DNA of 63,015 nucleotides, filler included, from Sluysia triapertura (Eukaryota): NCBI GenBank assembly GCA_046118255.1. It is 5 parts of 5 records of this genome, joined end to end, with 100 filler letters (N's around TTAATTAATTAA, not from the genome) between each part and the next. Parts side by side here need not be neighbours in the genome. Positions count along the whole stretch, not along the records: positions 34,165 to 46,809 come from JBJNIA010092343.1; positions 46,910 to 63,015 come from JBJNIA010210587.1; 3 more parts are not named here. The stretch is one strand, 5' to 3'. Under the pieces are notes generated by a model. The model saw only the letters and a list, made by a program, of their open reading frames with translations, had not been told where the DNA came from and searched no databases. The stretch's first letter is position 1, and each line of letters opens with the position of its first letter. Positions 40,447-53,163 of the stretch are shown here, piece by piece. The translations under genes and the position numbers were made by a program.

Positions 40447-40784
40447 TCAGGAAGATTTATTGAGTCAAATATTAAGTAAAAAAATAATTCAAGGATTTAT
40501 TAAAGCTGGATTAATTCAAGGAGAAGTGATTGTTGAAGAAGAGAATGAAGTGAAAGAAGCTGATTTAGTTAATCTTGATCTTGTGATTGCCCAATGCTTT
40601 GATTCAGATGTGGATAATGAAAATTTTGATGGATTTAATGAGAAACTTTAATAAATGAAAATTAAGAAGTTCTAATTTTATTATTAGTTGGGGTGAGCCT
40701 TATACGTGGATTTTGAAGAGAAAGAGTGATTTTTGAAGGGGTGCACCTTATACAACGGTGGGCCTTATAGGTAGATAAATACGG
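40447..40784 (+). mobile_element. 3' remnant of a pogo/Tc2-like DNA transposon
   Basis: Acidic tail KIIQGFIKAGL...FDSDVDNENFDGF, subterminal ccttata repeats, end aaatacgg followed by TA. Confidence 0.7.
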
Positions 40785-41199
40785 TATGATTTTAAAATAA
40801 TTGATATTTAATTTTATAATAATAGTATGTATAATCTTACTTTTTGATTAATTCCGTTGAAAGCAATACATCGTTTTAATAAAAATGATAATAAATTGTA
40901 ATAAACTCAATAAAATAAATAATAATAAATAATAAACTGTAATAAATTCGATAATAATAAATAATAAACTGTTTTTTGAATATTAATATAAAGTAAAATC
41001 AATAATTATCAGTCGATTTATAATTAGTAAATAATAAAGTGTAAATACGATGTGCACATGTTTGATTATTTGTGTTAGTCATTCATTACAATTAGTCATT
41101 ACATGTGGAATGCACTATTTATGACATAAAATGAAGTTATAATTGTCAATAAAGTGCAAGTAGCATACGAAATGCTACATATTTACTTAAAAAACAAGA

Positions 41200-41310
41200 A
41201 TAAAGATGAATATAAAAGCGAGTCTACTAACGTACTAGTCTTACCGATTAGGGCTAGCCGTTTGATTTAAAATAAAGCAAGTTTCTTAACTTTCATGGAG
41301 GTAAGATTCT
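41200..41310 (-). repeat. Dispersed repeat family A
   Basis: Reverse complement ttacctcc...aaatcaaacggctagccctaatcggtaagactagtacgttagtagactc. Confidence 0.65.
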
Positions 41311-42520
41311 TTTTTATTTCTCTGCTTCTTATAGATTATTATAATTTTAAAGATGATAGTTTTCTATAGTTATTAAAATGAACTGATGATCTAAAAGATT
41401 TTGTTCTGGTTCGTAAAAATGAACCGATAATTAAATGATTTTACTCTGGTTCTTAATTGAAGCAAAACTATATCAACGTTAAATAATTTTAAAGAATTCA
41501 AAAATACAACACGGGTCAATTAATATTTATTAATCTAAAATTTAAAAATTAAATATAATATAATTATATTACGTATATTATATTTTAATCGGTTTTTAGA
41601 TTTTTAAATATAATGTTACAAAGTTAACATTAAAAGTTAACTCAAATATTTATTAAAAGCAAGTTTAGGTATATTTTACTCTGCGGTTTTAAACTAAGCA
41701 CTGCTAATGCAGAATTAAAATCAAAAGGTAAATTGTCGAAGAAACAGTCTTCCACTAGCTTGAAAAAATTTTGTTTTTCAAAAAATGTGACAATGATCGA
41801 AATACCTCAGCTTTTATACTCGATTATTTTGTCCTTGGATAATAATAATTAAGACAATTAATTTAACAAAAACAAATTAAATTAAAAATAACAAATTAAT
41901 AATTAGTCGTTAGTTTTCAAATTATTAAACAAATACAAATTTTGAAAAGATTTTAAAACGATTCAAAACCGATTAAAAATAAAATTACATTAATATTAAA
42001 TCCGATATAAAATTATAATATCAAAAAATTGATAAAATATAGATATTATTTGGCACACAATATAAATAGACAGAACACTCAATATAAATGGACGCATAAT
42101 AATTTACAGAAATATGAGGTAATAAAAAATTTTTAAATGTAGTTTAACCCAGGAGTAATTCTTGGGCATAAAAATACTATACACATATTATTTTAATTCT
42201 ATTTTTACAGAATAAGATAAGTTTAATTTTTGTACTTAGATGCTATACTTCGCAAAACCTTTGAATGATTTGAATAAGTCTTTTTAAAAGTGGTATTTAA
42301 TTTTAATTAAATTTATTCATTAAATTTATTAAATAATTAATTTGGTTTAATCATATTTTAATAATTAGTTCCACTGGAGTACATATTTCAAATAAATTTA
42401 AAAAGTTTACTTCAATATATGTCAGTGTTCAGTTTTATTTCATTCATTTTGCTAATTAGTAAAATGTTATTTTTAAATAAATAAAATTTATCAATGTTTA
42501 TAAATTGGTAAATTTAATGC

Positions 42521-42522
<2 letters not shown>

Positions 42523-42578
<56 letters not shown>

Positions 42579-42595
42579 TAATAACAATAATAATA
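42523..42595. repeat. (AAT)n microsatellite
   Basis: Direct reading. Confidence 0.9.
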
Positions 42596-43154
42596 TCAGG
42601 TTGTAAATTGAAAACTTGTGTATTTGTGTTTTATAATTTTATTAAATAATTATGTATTATAATAAAATTAAAATAATGTATTAAAATAAAATTGTTAGGT
42701 AAAATATAAAATTTTAAAAAATTTAAATTTAGATAAAAAATTAATTGGATATTTATTATAAAGTATTTTTAAAATTAAAAAAGAAAAATTTAAATATTAT
42801 ATTAAAATTTTTGTTTTCATCCATCAATTTAGGTAAATTTCTTTATTTTTGTTTTAACTAATTAATTTTAAAAACTTTAGGTTAAATTTAATATGGCGTC
42901 AGCCAATTTAATATCAATATAGATAGATTTTAGCGCAAAAAATGAAAAAATTTTAGAAAAAATTAATATTAGAAGAAATTCTTAAGAAGAAATTTTTGAA
43001 GTTAATTGTAGAAACGATTTAGAAGAAACTGTTAAAGAAAATTTTAAAGACAATGCCAAAATCCATGTCATCAAAATAATTTTTTATTGATAGGTTTTTA
43101 CACTTTTACTTTAATAAGGAAAGTTAAAATCATACTTAAAATACTTTGTTTTCA

Positions 43155-43495
43155 ACCTAGATCTTTGTGAGACTAGCGGTACCTAAAACTAAATTTAACT
43201 TTTGTTAAAACATTTGAATGAAAAATATAAAATAATGTTTATATTATATTTTCACAATCCTGTGTGGATTAAGTTTATATTTTTGGCAATTTTGTAATTA
43301 TTGTAATAATTAAGTGTTTTTGTGATTTTTTGATAATACAAGTTTAGCTAAGAGTTAATTTTTAATAAAGTAAACTTTGTTTTTTAAAAGGCTAGTGAAA
43401 TTTCTAAAATCACATTGATTTTATACTAGACCTTAGAAAGGCTAGTGATATTTATAATTTTTCTGAACTAGACCTTACGAAGGCTAGTGAAACGT
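43155..43495. repeat. Iterated ctagacctt.(c/g)(g/a)aaggctagtga hairpin units, probably subterminal repeats of a decayed DNA transposon
   Basis: Units at ~43157, 43388, 43427 and 43468. Confidence 0.6.
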
Positions 43496-43711
43496 AATTA
43501 AAAAACATTTTAATTTAAAGATAACGAAATAAAATTTGAATCTGCAAAGGCCTAACGTAGTTTAAGATTAACATTAAGTCTAGTTTAAGTTTGATTTAAA
43601 ACTTAATAAAATGTCTCCAAAATTGGTATAAAGCATGGATGTTAGGCGGACTGAACCTTAGGTATTTTGAATGCATAAGCTTTTTAGCACTTTTCTTAAC
43701 AAAACACTTGC

Positions 43712-43774
<63 letters not shown>

Positions 43775-43812
43775 CATCATCATCATCATCATAATCATAA
43801 TAATAATAATAA
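43712..43812. repeat. (AAT)n/(CAT)n microsatellite
   Basis: Direct reading. It generates the spurious poly-Ile ORFs. Confidence 0.9.
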
Positions 43813-43908
43813 TTCTGTTAATGCCATTTTCCGCTAACATCACAAAAAATTTTAACTTCTACTTACATTTTTGCATTTGGCAATAATACCGTGTTTCATC
43901 AGTACTAT

Positions 43909-46423
43909 TGTGGTGCGAACTTCTAACTTAAAATTCAAAATCATTATTTAATTGCGTTATTACATGTATTAACATTTTACATTTCATTTTTCAGAATTTA
44001 TCAAAATCTTTTTAACTTAAAAAATTCAAAACTAATAATCGTATTTATAATACCACATTTAAAACATTTTATTAATTATTTCACAACATTAGAACCACAA
44101 TTTATTTCTTAAATTATCATAAAAAAATTCAAAATTAATCTTTTAACATTCAATTTCACAATCATTTAACATTCAATCAGTAACTCCAACGAAAACATTA
44201 TATTCAGAGTTCAAAACCTTTTTTAAACATTCTTATCACAAAAGAACTTCATAAATTAAATTTTTCCAAATTTATTTATTTATGTTAAGAAAATTTTAAT
44301 TTTTAAAAGAATCAAGATCATGTAAATATAACAAAAAATTTACGTGTTTTAAATAATTTTTTTACTATTATTATCATAATTATTTTAGATTATTTACTTA
44401 TTTTAATATAATAATTATTATTGTAATCATTTTTATTATTATTTATTATTGTCTGGGTGGTAACAAATTTTATGCTATAGTTCTCTCATCAGTAGACAGT
44501 TTAATTAAAGATAACTCAACATACCTATGACAGATTGGTACATTTGGTTGTGCATTGAATTTGGTCTGGTTGGACGTCCAGTTGGTGGCATGTCTTTTGT
44601 AATTATTATCATTTCTTCGTGGACATCCAATCATAAGATAGTAACTAATAAAATTTTTCTATGCACAACAAAAAAAATGATCAATAACTGCCACTCAATC
44701 ATAAAATTGTATAAAAATCAATAATTGGTTTGCAAAAAAATAATTAAATTTTCAAAAATAAAATGTTTCTCAATAACAAAATAGGCAAATCATTCACAAA
44801 TAAAATTTTTATGGCGCTGAAAATAAAAAAAGAACTAATTTTAAATCAATTAACTAAAAATTCTGATTTATTTAAAAGGTTAATTGAGTTGATATGTTCT
44901 ATTAATAATCAACTAAAGTTATCATCATCATTAAGCAATGTCAAATTAGATTATTTTGTAAACCTCGATAATTATAATTCATCTTCAATAATAACAGTAA
45001 ATTCTGTTCAAATGTATATAAAAGTTTGCTACCATAATTTCGACTTAGAATATATCAATCGAAATTATTGACTATGTTATGGAGTCACTTAATAGACACT
45101 CGTAATGAAGCTAAAAAAGATTTTATTCTAAATACAGATCATCTTATTCATATAAGACAGATTGAACTTATTTTCCTTATGATCAATCATAATAGTACCT
45201 TTTATCAGAATGTTTCTTACGAAATTATAAACAAAATTCTAAATGTCATGTCTTTGCTCAGAGAGAAATCTTTAGAACATTATGAAATTAAATTAAAATT
45301 CAGATCGTTATAATCAATGCCGTCCGCGTTGCACTTAAATCCTTCATTGTTATCACATAATATTTCATATGTTAGACAATTATATTGACCATTAAGCATA
45401 CAAAATCAAATAGAATTTATTTACGATTTTTTCGTTAGAAACGGTAATCTCATGAATTCATACTATGAAATGACTTACAACGATATAAGTATTTCATCAT
45501 CTCAATTATCAAGCAATGCAATCAAATTCGAACTTCTCACAGAAGTCGTTGGCCAACGATTTAAATTCAGAAAAGTAAATATTAAGTAAAAAAAAATTCA
45601 AACCTACAACCGCAACTCGATGTTGTCATTAAAGAAAACCAAAATAATAAATCTGATGCAAGTATCAATTCTCGTAATCAAAGAAGACACGTCACTAAAC
45701 CGATGTCTATTAATCCAAATTCGTCTTCGGTTTCACATTACTGTTCAGCACAGTGTCTCTCCCAAACTAATGAACTAGGTGTGTGCTGCAAATGTGGTCG
45801 AAGATGCAGATACTACCACGACATTAAAAAATTAACCATGATAAAATAGCGAAGTCCACTTATACTCAACACATGAACCGCTTAGATATCCTTATTGAAA
45901 CTTTGAAATTCAACCAATCTAGTGAGAATCCTGCAATCGTCAAGAATCAAATAAAATTTGATACATCACTGAATTCTTTTGAGAACAATTTAACATTCAT
46001 AGTAAATTTTAATTTGCATTACATAAATATAACTTATTTTGATATATTTTATTTAAGAAATCTTCGGATCATTGATATGTCCAATGTCCCAACGTTAAAT
46101 GACATTAAATTTAAATATTAAGTCTTTGTTTCTAAAAAGTAAATTAGTGTTTTGTCATCATCTTTATTTTGTAATTTTAATAAATTTTGTGAATTAATCA
46201 AGTTAAATTTAGATTATTTGCTCAGTTGTAATAATAGAAAAATTTAATTTAATATTTGTAAAATTTAATAATAGTTGTAAAATCCTTAACCAAACAAACG
46301 TTCATTCTTTACAACCAAAACTATCATTGGCAGCTCTTATATTCTTGTAAGAATAAAAACACAAATTTTATATTTTCTCCCATCGAAAATTATTCGTTAG
46401 TTTCCTTTCATAAGATTGCTACA
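43909..46423 (+). mobile_element. Cargo-carrying LTR-like element E2 (~2.5 kb)
   Basis: Starts tgtggtgcgaac. The AC-rich block (caacattagaa, tatgttaagaa) is the reverse complement of the E1/E3 terminal module. The leader tcatcagtagacagtt...ttggacgtcca is shared with E3. Ends taagattgctaca. Confidence 0.6.
44763..46121 (+). pseudogene. Fragmented single-exon ORF of unknown family with a Cys cluster (HYCSAQC...VCCKCGRRC)
   Basis: Consecutive same-strand ORF pieces 44763-45071, 45068-45313 and 45873-46121, linked by frameshifts and stops. C-terminal YFDIFYLR resembles YFDVFYFR in E3. Confidence 0.55.
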
Positions 46424-46809
46424 ATTTTATTGGTAGTAAAATACACTTAACATTAAATTAATCTCTTTGTTCGGACTTTTAATGTGATCACGAAACGTTA
46501 AATTTTAAAACGTTATGTAGTTTTGATTATATAATAATCAAATTAATATATTAATCATGCACTATACATAACATTCATTTTGCTATAATTATATGGCACA
46601 TTGCATTTAATATATTTTATTTGTCTATACAATTTTGTTTCATAAAGACAAAAAGATCTAATAAATTTCATTAAAATCTTAAAGAATTTTAAGATGCGAA
46701 GCAAAAAGTACGAAATATAAGTTGTTATATATATTCAAAAATGAACATGGAAGAAAATATTAATTGTATTGTTAAAAGTGTAAATATCAATTAAATAAAA
46801 TATCACATA

Positions 46810-46909
46810 NNNNNNNNNNNNNNNNNNNNNNNNNNNNNNNNNNNNNNNNNNNNTTAATTAATTAANNNNNNNNNNNNNNNNNNNNNNNNNNNNNNNNNNN
46901 NNNNNNNNN
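46810..46909. other. Artificial contig-join spacer
   Basis: N44-TTAATTAATTAA-N44. Confidence 0.95.
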
Positions 46910-49314
46910 ATTGTAAAATGTTAGTGTGAGGTTTGATGAATATTTATGTTGTGTGTTACAAGTTAAGTTAGGCAGAACACTACAGTGTACCGTTATTTAT
47001 ATATTTCTATCTAAATATTTAATTGGTCGATGGTTGATTAATGTTTAGAACTAATTCTAAAATAGAAATTGCCTCAAAGTAGTAACTATAGTTATTTTAA
47101 TAAAAATAATAATAATTATTATTATTATTATTACTATAATTTTTTCAAATATTTTGTTTTACATAAATATTCTATAATCTTTGAAAATTTCTTTTATTAA
47201 TTTCATTAGAAAATTTGCTGAAATAATCTATATATTTTTCGTATAAATTTTATTACTTCTTTTAATTGATTTTATTATTTGCTAATTGCTATTTTCAAAT
47301 TTTATTTACAGAGTTATATTTTATCTCTGTCCACTGATTTGATTAGATTGCTGGTAGCCATATCTATATTAAATTGTAGAACGAAATAATGAATATTTCT
47401 AGTAGTACTAGACAAGAGATCACAAAATGTTAATTGTCTTAATAAATGCAGCGGCAAATAAAATCATAAAGCATTTAAATAAGCATTTGTTCATTCATTT
47501 GTATAAATTCAGTAAGAATGTGATAGTTTTGTAAAAAAAGACCTCCAGGAGGTGAAAAATAAAAATTTTAAAATTAAATAAACTAGTTTTATGTTTATAA
47601 CAGTCAAATTCACAAAATAATAACAAAAAACAATATTGAAAATTGTATTGTCAAATTATTGTTACATTTCAGTAAATGGATTAAGAACCTTTTCGATCTA
47701 TCGACTTAGAATAACATCTTACTTCATTAAAGCTAATTATATAATTTCTTTAATTGACACTTAAATATCAATAAATTTGTAAATTGTAAATGAAGCAACA
47801 TTATTCTTTTTAAAAGTGTGATAATTGTTAATAAAGCACGTTCAAGAATACATTTTACATTTTCAGATTTCTTTTCTGTTTAGGAACAACTTCTCCTTAT
47901 TATGAATGCCTGAATATTAATTTTTTGAATACAATTTTCTAAATTAAAAATAACATTATTAAAACTAATGAAAATCATAAAAAACTTTTAAAAATTCTCT
48001 TTTCTTTAATCATAACCTTTTCATGATCTTCTAACAACAAATTGAATATAAATAAAGCTTTCCTTCTCTATATTAAAATATATCTTAGAAGATCTCAGTT
48101 AGTTTATAAATTAAAAAGAACATTATAAGATTGTACTTCGAATAAAAATAGACACATAAATTTACATCTAAATAATTAAAGCTCAGAAATAAGAATTAAA
48201 CGTATCTATAATAATTATAGCAGTTAAAAATTAATTTCCTTTAAATTTTAAAACGATAATGTTCAAAACAACGTTTTAAGGATTTACATGATTTCCTAGA
48301 TCTAGATAATAAATAAAATTAATTTAATATTACTTAATTAAAAACTGAGATTCAACATTTGCAAAATTCTGCTTAATACTACCAAAATTACAATATCAAT
48401 ATTTAGTGCAATTATGAAAAATGCGTATTTAGATCTGGAAAGGTTTTCATATTAAAGGGGTTTAAAAAATATCTTCATTATTTACTTTCCAATTATCTGT
48501 CTGAACCATAATTACAGAGGCTGTCTAAAAATACACCATTGATATAATAGACTTTGCTATTGCAACTGAACAATTGGCCAAAGCAGAAATTTGAAATAGA
48601 TTACTATTAAATAATTATGGTCCAAATGTAAAATGCATCATTTAAATTTGAAAATGATGCATGCTATTTAAAGTGTCAGTGATGAATTAAAATTTTCTTT
48701 TTTCTTTTTATCTTTTATAATTTGGAGAAACATTTATATTTATTGCAAGAAGTTTAATCGAAACTTATGGATTACTTTAGGTAACGTTTGAATAAGTTAA
48801 CATCTATGAGAGCATATATCAAAATGTCTGTTATTATTGTTTACTGAATGATAAGATATATATTTTATGAATTGCGAAATTAATACAACGCTATTGCTTA
48901 TGTTTAACAGTAATGTAGGAGAAAATTTTTTTGGAGTTCTGACTACTACATTTATCAAGGGCTGCCACGCCTCAACAAAAACGATATTGTTGTGTCTTAT
49001 TCAAAATTATCAACGATAACTGAACAATTAAATTGACACAATAGCAATATATTTCAACTATCACAAAATGACAAAATAATACTATTGATCAATAATAGAA
49101 AAACATAATACGACATATGCTGATCCTCGTATTAAACAAAAATAAAATAAGAACTTGGATAATTAACCTCAATAATAGTAGTATTGCTTATAAAGCTGTT
49201 CTTTTATTGGAAGTGAAGCTTTATTTTCTTTATATTTTTCTTGTGTCTTGAACAGATTATTTGAAAATGAGATTACTGGGGAGATTAAAAATTGGAAAAT
49301 AGAGATAATTATTT

Positions 49315-49588
49315 TGTCGAGGTAAATGCCCAAAGTTCCTTTTAGAATAATGATACTAAAATAAAATTGTTAAATGGGGCTGATGGATTAATGATTATGC
49401 ATCGAACTGTGAAGCGAGAGGTCCCGGATTCGAATTCCAGTCTGTTCAATTAATGAAGTCCAACAACTTCATGCAGTTAATCATTCTTTTAAGTTGGTGG
49501 TAAACTTCAACAATAATTTCCAATATATTATCTCCCGCAAGTACACAAAGATAATGGAATTTGTGACGAACAATCCCTTATGTCAACA
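49315..49588 (+). mobile_element. 274-bp element with an internal decayed tRNA-like module (49376-49448)
   Basis: tgtcgaggtaaatgcc...aaattgttaaatggggctga...aggtcccggattcgaattcc...gaagtccaac...cccttatgtcaaca, colinear with 54424-54698. Confidence 0.65.
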
Positions 49589-49689
49589 GAAAATAAACAT
49601 AAAATTATTTAAATACCAAATTTCTTTTCCATAAGAATTTTTAACACAATACATCATATGTCGATTTCAATAAACTATTTGAATTGTTA

Positions 49690-50130
49690 TCTTAGTGAGC
49701 ATCAACTTAATACATGCTTTAAATAAATTTAAATATTACAACATATATAAATTTAACTTTACATTATAAAAATTTATTAAAACGAATAATTTTTACGTTA
49801 TCTGCATCGATGTGCATTGTAACACTTCAGCATTATTAATACTGATATAATTCAAGATTATATCCTAATTCTAATGTTATTTTATGATATTTAAACAATT
49901 TTTAATTAAATTAATTAATTAATATTTTCAAAAGTAAAACTTTTTAAACGTTCTCCCTTCGTATCTTTCTTTTTTTAAATTTTATTTCAAATATTTTATA
50001 CACCTATTCCATTAACAAGCATAGTTCAGTAAATTATTGTGCTTTATTGTGCTTTAAAGTATTTGTTGCTTTCTTATTCTACAAATTATTATTATATTCA
50101 TTTGTGCTTCACCATTGACTAAACCCAACA
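49690..50130 (+). repeat. Dispersed repeat family E
   Basis: ttttacgttatctgcatcgatgtgcattgtaacacttca resembles 55242 ttttacgctatctacgttgacgtgcttcgcaacacttca. Both end in actaa.cccaaca. Confidence 0.6.
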
Positions 50131-50880
50131 ATATAAAATATTTTTCAACATAATAATGATACATTAAATCATAATTAGCATTCAGATTATCGGTGAAAAT
50201 AAATCATATTTAAAAATAAAATTTAAAAATAAAAATTAATTTGTGAATATTCCTTAAAAATTTAATAAAAATCAAATTTTTTTTAGAAATAATATTAAAA
50301 TTGTTTACAGACAAAATTCCATTAACATTTAATATATTTATAAACAAAACACTTAAATTTCTTTTGTATTGTAATTATAAATAATTATTTAGTAAATTAT
50401 TCCAAAATATTTTTAAAAGCTTTTATGAATATATTAAGTTTTCTTGATTGTATTATGACTTTTTTTTGGTTAAACTAATTAAATAAATTTAATTTTTAAT
50501 TAATTTATTCTAATTATTTTAGAAAAATTGTACACAAAAGTAAAAATAACACTTTTCGATTATGGGGAGGGAGAATATATATTTTCAAGAAACGTTGGAA
50601 TACGTTTAAATTATTTCAAAATTCGATGCAATTCTTTCTCTTATTTATTTATAGCCTATGTCTATCGATATAACTTTTGTTTTGATTTACATTTTCATTG
50701 TATTCATTTATAACTTTTTGTCATATTTTATAATATATTTATCATCATAACATATTCTAGTATCAGCAGCTAGAACAAAAAATAATAACAAAACATTTCT
50801 GAAATTTGCTCATATATTCAAAAAAACAACCAACAAATTACATAATTTAAGATTTTTAAAACTTTTTATATATTTTATTT

Positions 50881-50881
50881 G

Positions 50882-50950
<69 letters not shown>
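50881..50950. repeat. (AAT)n microsatellite
   Basis: Direct reading. Confidence 0.9.
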
Positions 50951-50974
50951 GTAATGGTATCCGTATAGATGGAA

Positions 50975-51244
50975 CTAATTTTCGTTCTTATTCTCCATGT
51001 TTTTAACATTGAAATATTGTAATCGATCAATTAATGTATTACAATGTTGAATAAGCGTGTTAATGAGCAATTTCCTTTCTGATATTGCTTGTTTTATAGC
51101 TTTTTTGAATTCTATTGCGCTATAACTGATTACTCCGCAATCATTTGACGACGACAACATGATATCATTCATAACGACATTTTGCTCATGAAAATCCAAC
51201 GTAAAATGTTTCGGTACGTTTTCTTTATTTAAATCATCTAAATT
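50975..51244 (-). CDS. TMEM192-like membrane protein, terminal exon
   Basis: ttttcag acceptor, phase 0, ends in TAG. LINTLIQHCNTLIDRL resembles the TMEM192 C-terminal IEYLKRHNALLSKRL (by-eye match). Confidence 0.6.
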   Translation of the reverse strand, partial: NLDDLNKENVPKHFTLDFHEQNVVMNDIMLSSSNDCGVISYSAIEFKKAIKQAISERKLLINTLIQHCNTLIDRLQYFNVKNMENKNEN

Positions 51245-52011
51245 CTGAAAATTATTGTTTAGTTAATATAATATAGACAAAATTTACAATAAAATATGTA
51301 TACATTATTTAGAAAATAATGGTTTAATACAAAAATTAATGTTAACCCTTTAACTAAGGGTATATATTTAACATGCAAGCCACTTAGAAGCAAAAAAACA
51401 AAAAATAAAAATAAAAATTATTTATTTTGTTTTAGAACAATATTTTAAAAACACATTCTTCTTACATTTAGAACGAAATACATTATTATCCTTCTGTAAG
51501 TAAATGATCTTCTTGCAATTTGGTGTAAAATTTAAAATTTAAATTGGAGTTTTACACAAAATGTTTCATCTTAATCTCCTAGTAGAAATTGTACATAAAA
51601 CGAACTCCTAAAGTGTAATATTTTCTCTAACTTGATTATTTTTGGTGGTACGGAATAGAAATTCGACTTATGTAGATGTGTATATTTCTATAACTCATAT
51701 TTTTGCCTCTAAAATAAAATACAGTGTCTACCTTCTTCCATAAGTTGAACTGCTTCAAATTTGAAATTTTTTTAATAAAATGGAAATAATTCTTTATAAT
51801 TAGACCAAATAGTAATATAAATTATGAGTTTATATGTCCTGTGCGTCTAAATGAAGTCGGATATTCATAACATAGATAATCGCTTATTGACGACAGACGC
51901 AGTTAATGGGGGGACTAACAATGTTTTAGGTGGCGCTTATTTTCTATATTTATAAAAAATTATCTATTTATAATTTCATTATTAACATATTTTATTATAA
52001 AATTCACTAAC

Positions 52012-52510
52012 ATGTAATAATTCTGCTGGTTTTAATAAATAGCTACATAGTTGAATATAAGCTAAACTTATCGAGACAATGAATATAATTTCAACATATG
52101 ACATTATTAAATTTAAATTCAATAAACCCAGTTCAAGTATTACATTAATTTTGGAATAACAATAAATCATTGACAGAAATATTTGAGCAAATATACAAAT
52201 AATTAAACCAATAAAAATAGTCGTTTGAAGTCGATTGACATAGTTTGACAATTTAAAATCCAAATGAAAAGTACTAAATATGGATTCTAGTTTAAAACAG
52301 CGATAATATAAAATAAAAATGGATAAAACTGTTAATAATTGTGAAATAATTATCGAAACCAAATCGAAATAATTACAATGTTCATTAAGAATTAAATAAA
52401 TAATAAATCCAAAACTGCCAAGTAAACACAAAATGATAAAAACAATTAGAATTAATTCTACACGATATTTATATAGACCATTTATTAATTGGATCTTTTC
52501 TTTTATATAT
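52012..52510 (-). CDS. Multi-pass (~4 TM) membrane protein exon, TMEM192-like
   Basis: ttcag acceptor and GTTAGT donor. 499-bp open frame with four hydrophobic segments, ending YVEIIFIVSISLAYIQLCSYLLKPAELLH. Joins 51244 in phase. Confidence 0.7.
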
Positions 52511-52763
52511 CTGAATTGATGTAAAATAAATATATTGTTATATTAATCAATAAATTATTTTTTTATTATATTAACTACTAATAATATGAAAATTATTACT
52601 ATTATTATTACAGGTTTTATTTTAAAACACTTAGAGAGTTGCTTTAATGAAAGTATACTGTGTTACTATTTTTCTATATTTATAAAATTATACCAGTTGT
52701 TTTTAATTTTATTTTTGAAAATAAATTTAATAAAAATTCTAGAATGTACGTATATTGTATTTA

Positions 52764-53163
52764 CAGTGGTGGCCAAATTATTAGACTAAAGACCGTTTTT
52801 GTGATAAAATTCAACACTTTTAAAGGACATTATGTAACGGAAAATGTAAAATGTTAGAAAATAACTACTTTCTCCAAAAAATTCCGTTGAAGATAAAAAT
52901 TTTGAGATCCAAAACATACAGAAATTTTATTCATGTAAAATGATAACACAATTTACTACAAATAAAGGCACATGTCTTTGATCTGGTCATCGTGATGCTA
53001 TACTATTATCAGGGTTTCAGTAAGTTCCGTCATGGTGGTTAGTTTATGGGTAGAAATGCGCCTTTTGACAATCTCCCACAGATTTTCTATGAGATTCATG
53101 TCTGGAGAGAAAACCAAATAAAAACATTTCTCCTGTTTTAGTCTAATAATTTGGCTACCACTG
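52764..53163 (-). mobile_element. 400-bp internally deleted Tc1-like element (MITE)
   Basis: ~27-bp TIR cagtggtggccaaattattagactaaa with one mismatch, TA on both sides. The minus strand encodes SPDMNLIENLWEIVKRRI (Tc1 SPDLNPIENLW motif). Confidence 0.9.

Noticed and set aside
43658-43886. Poly-Ile/Met ORFs on both strands
   Set aside because: They are translations of the (AAT)n/(CAT)n microsatellite.
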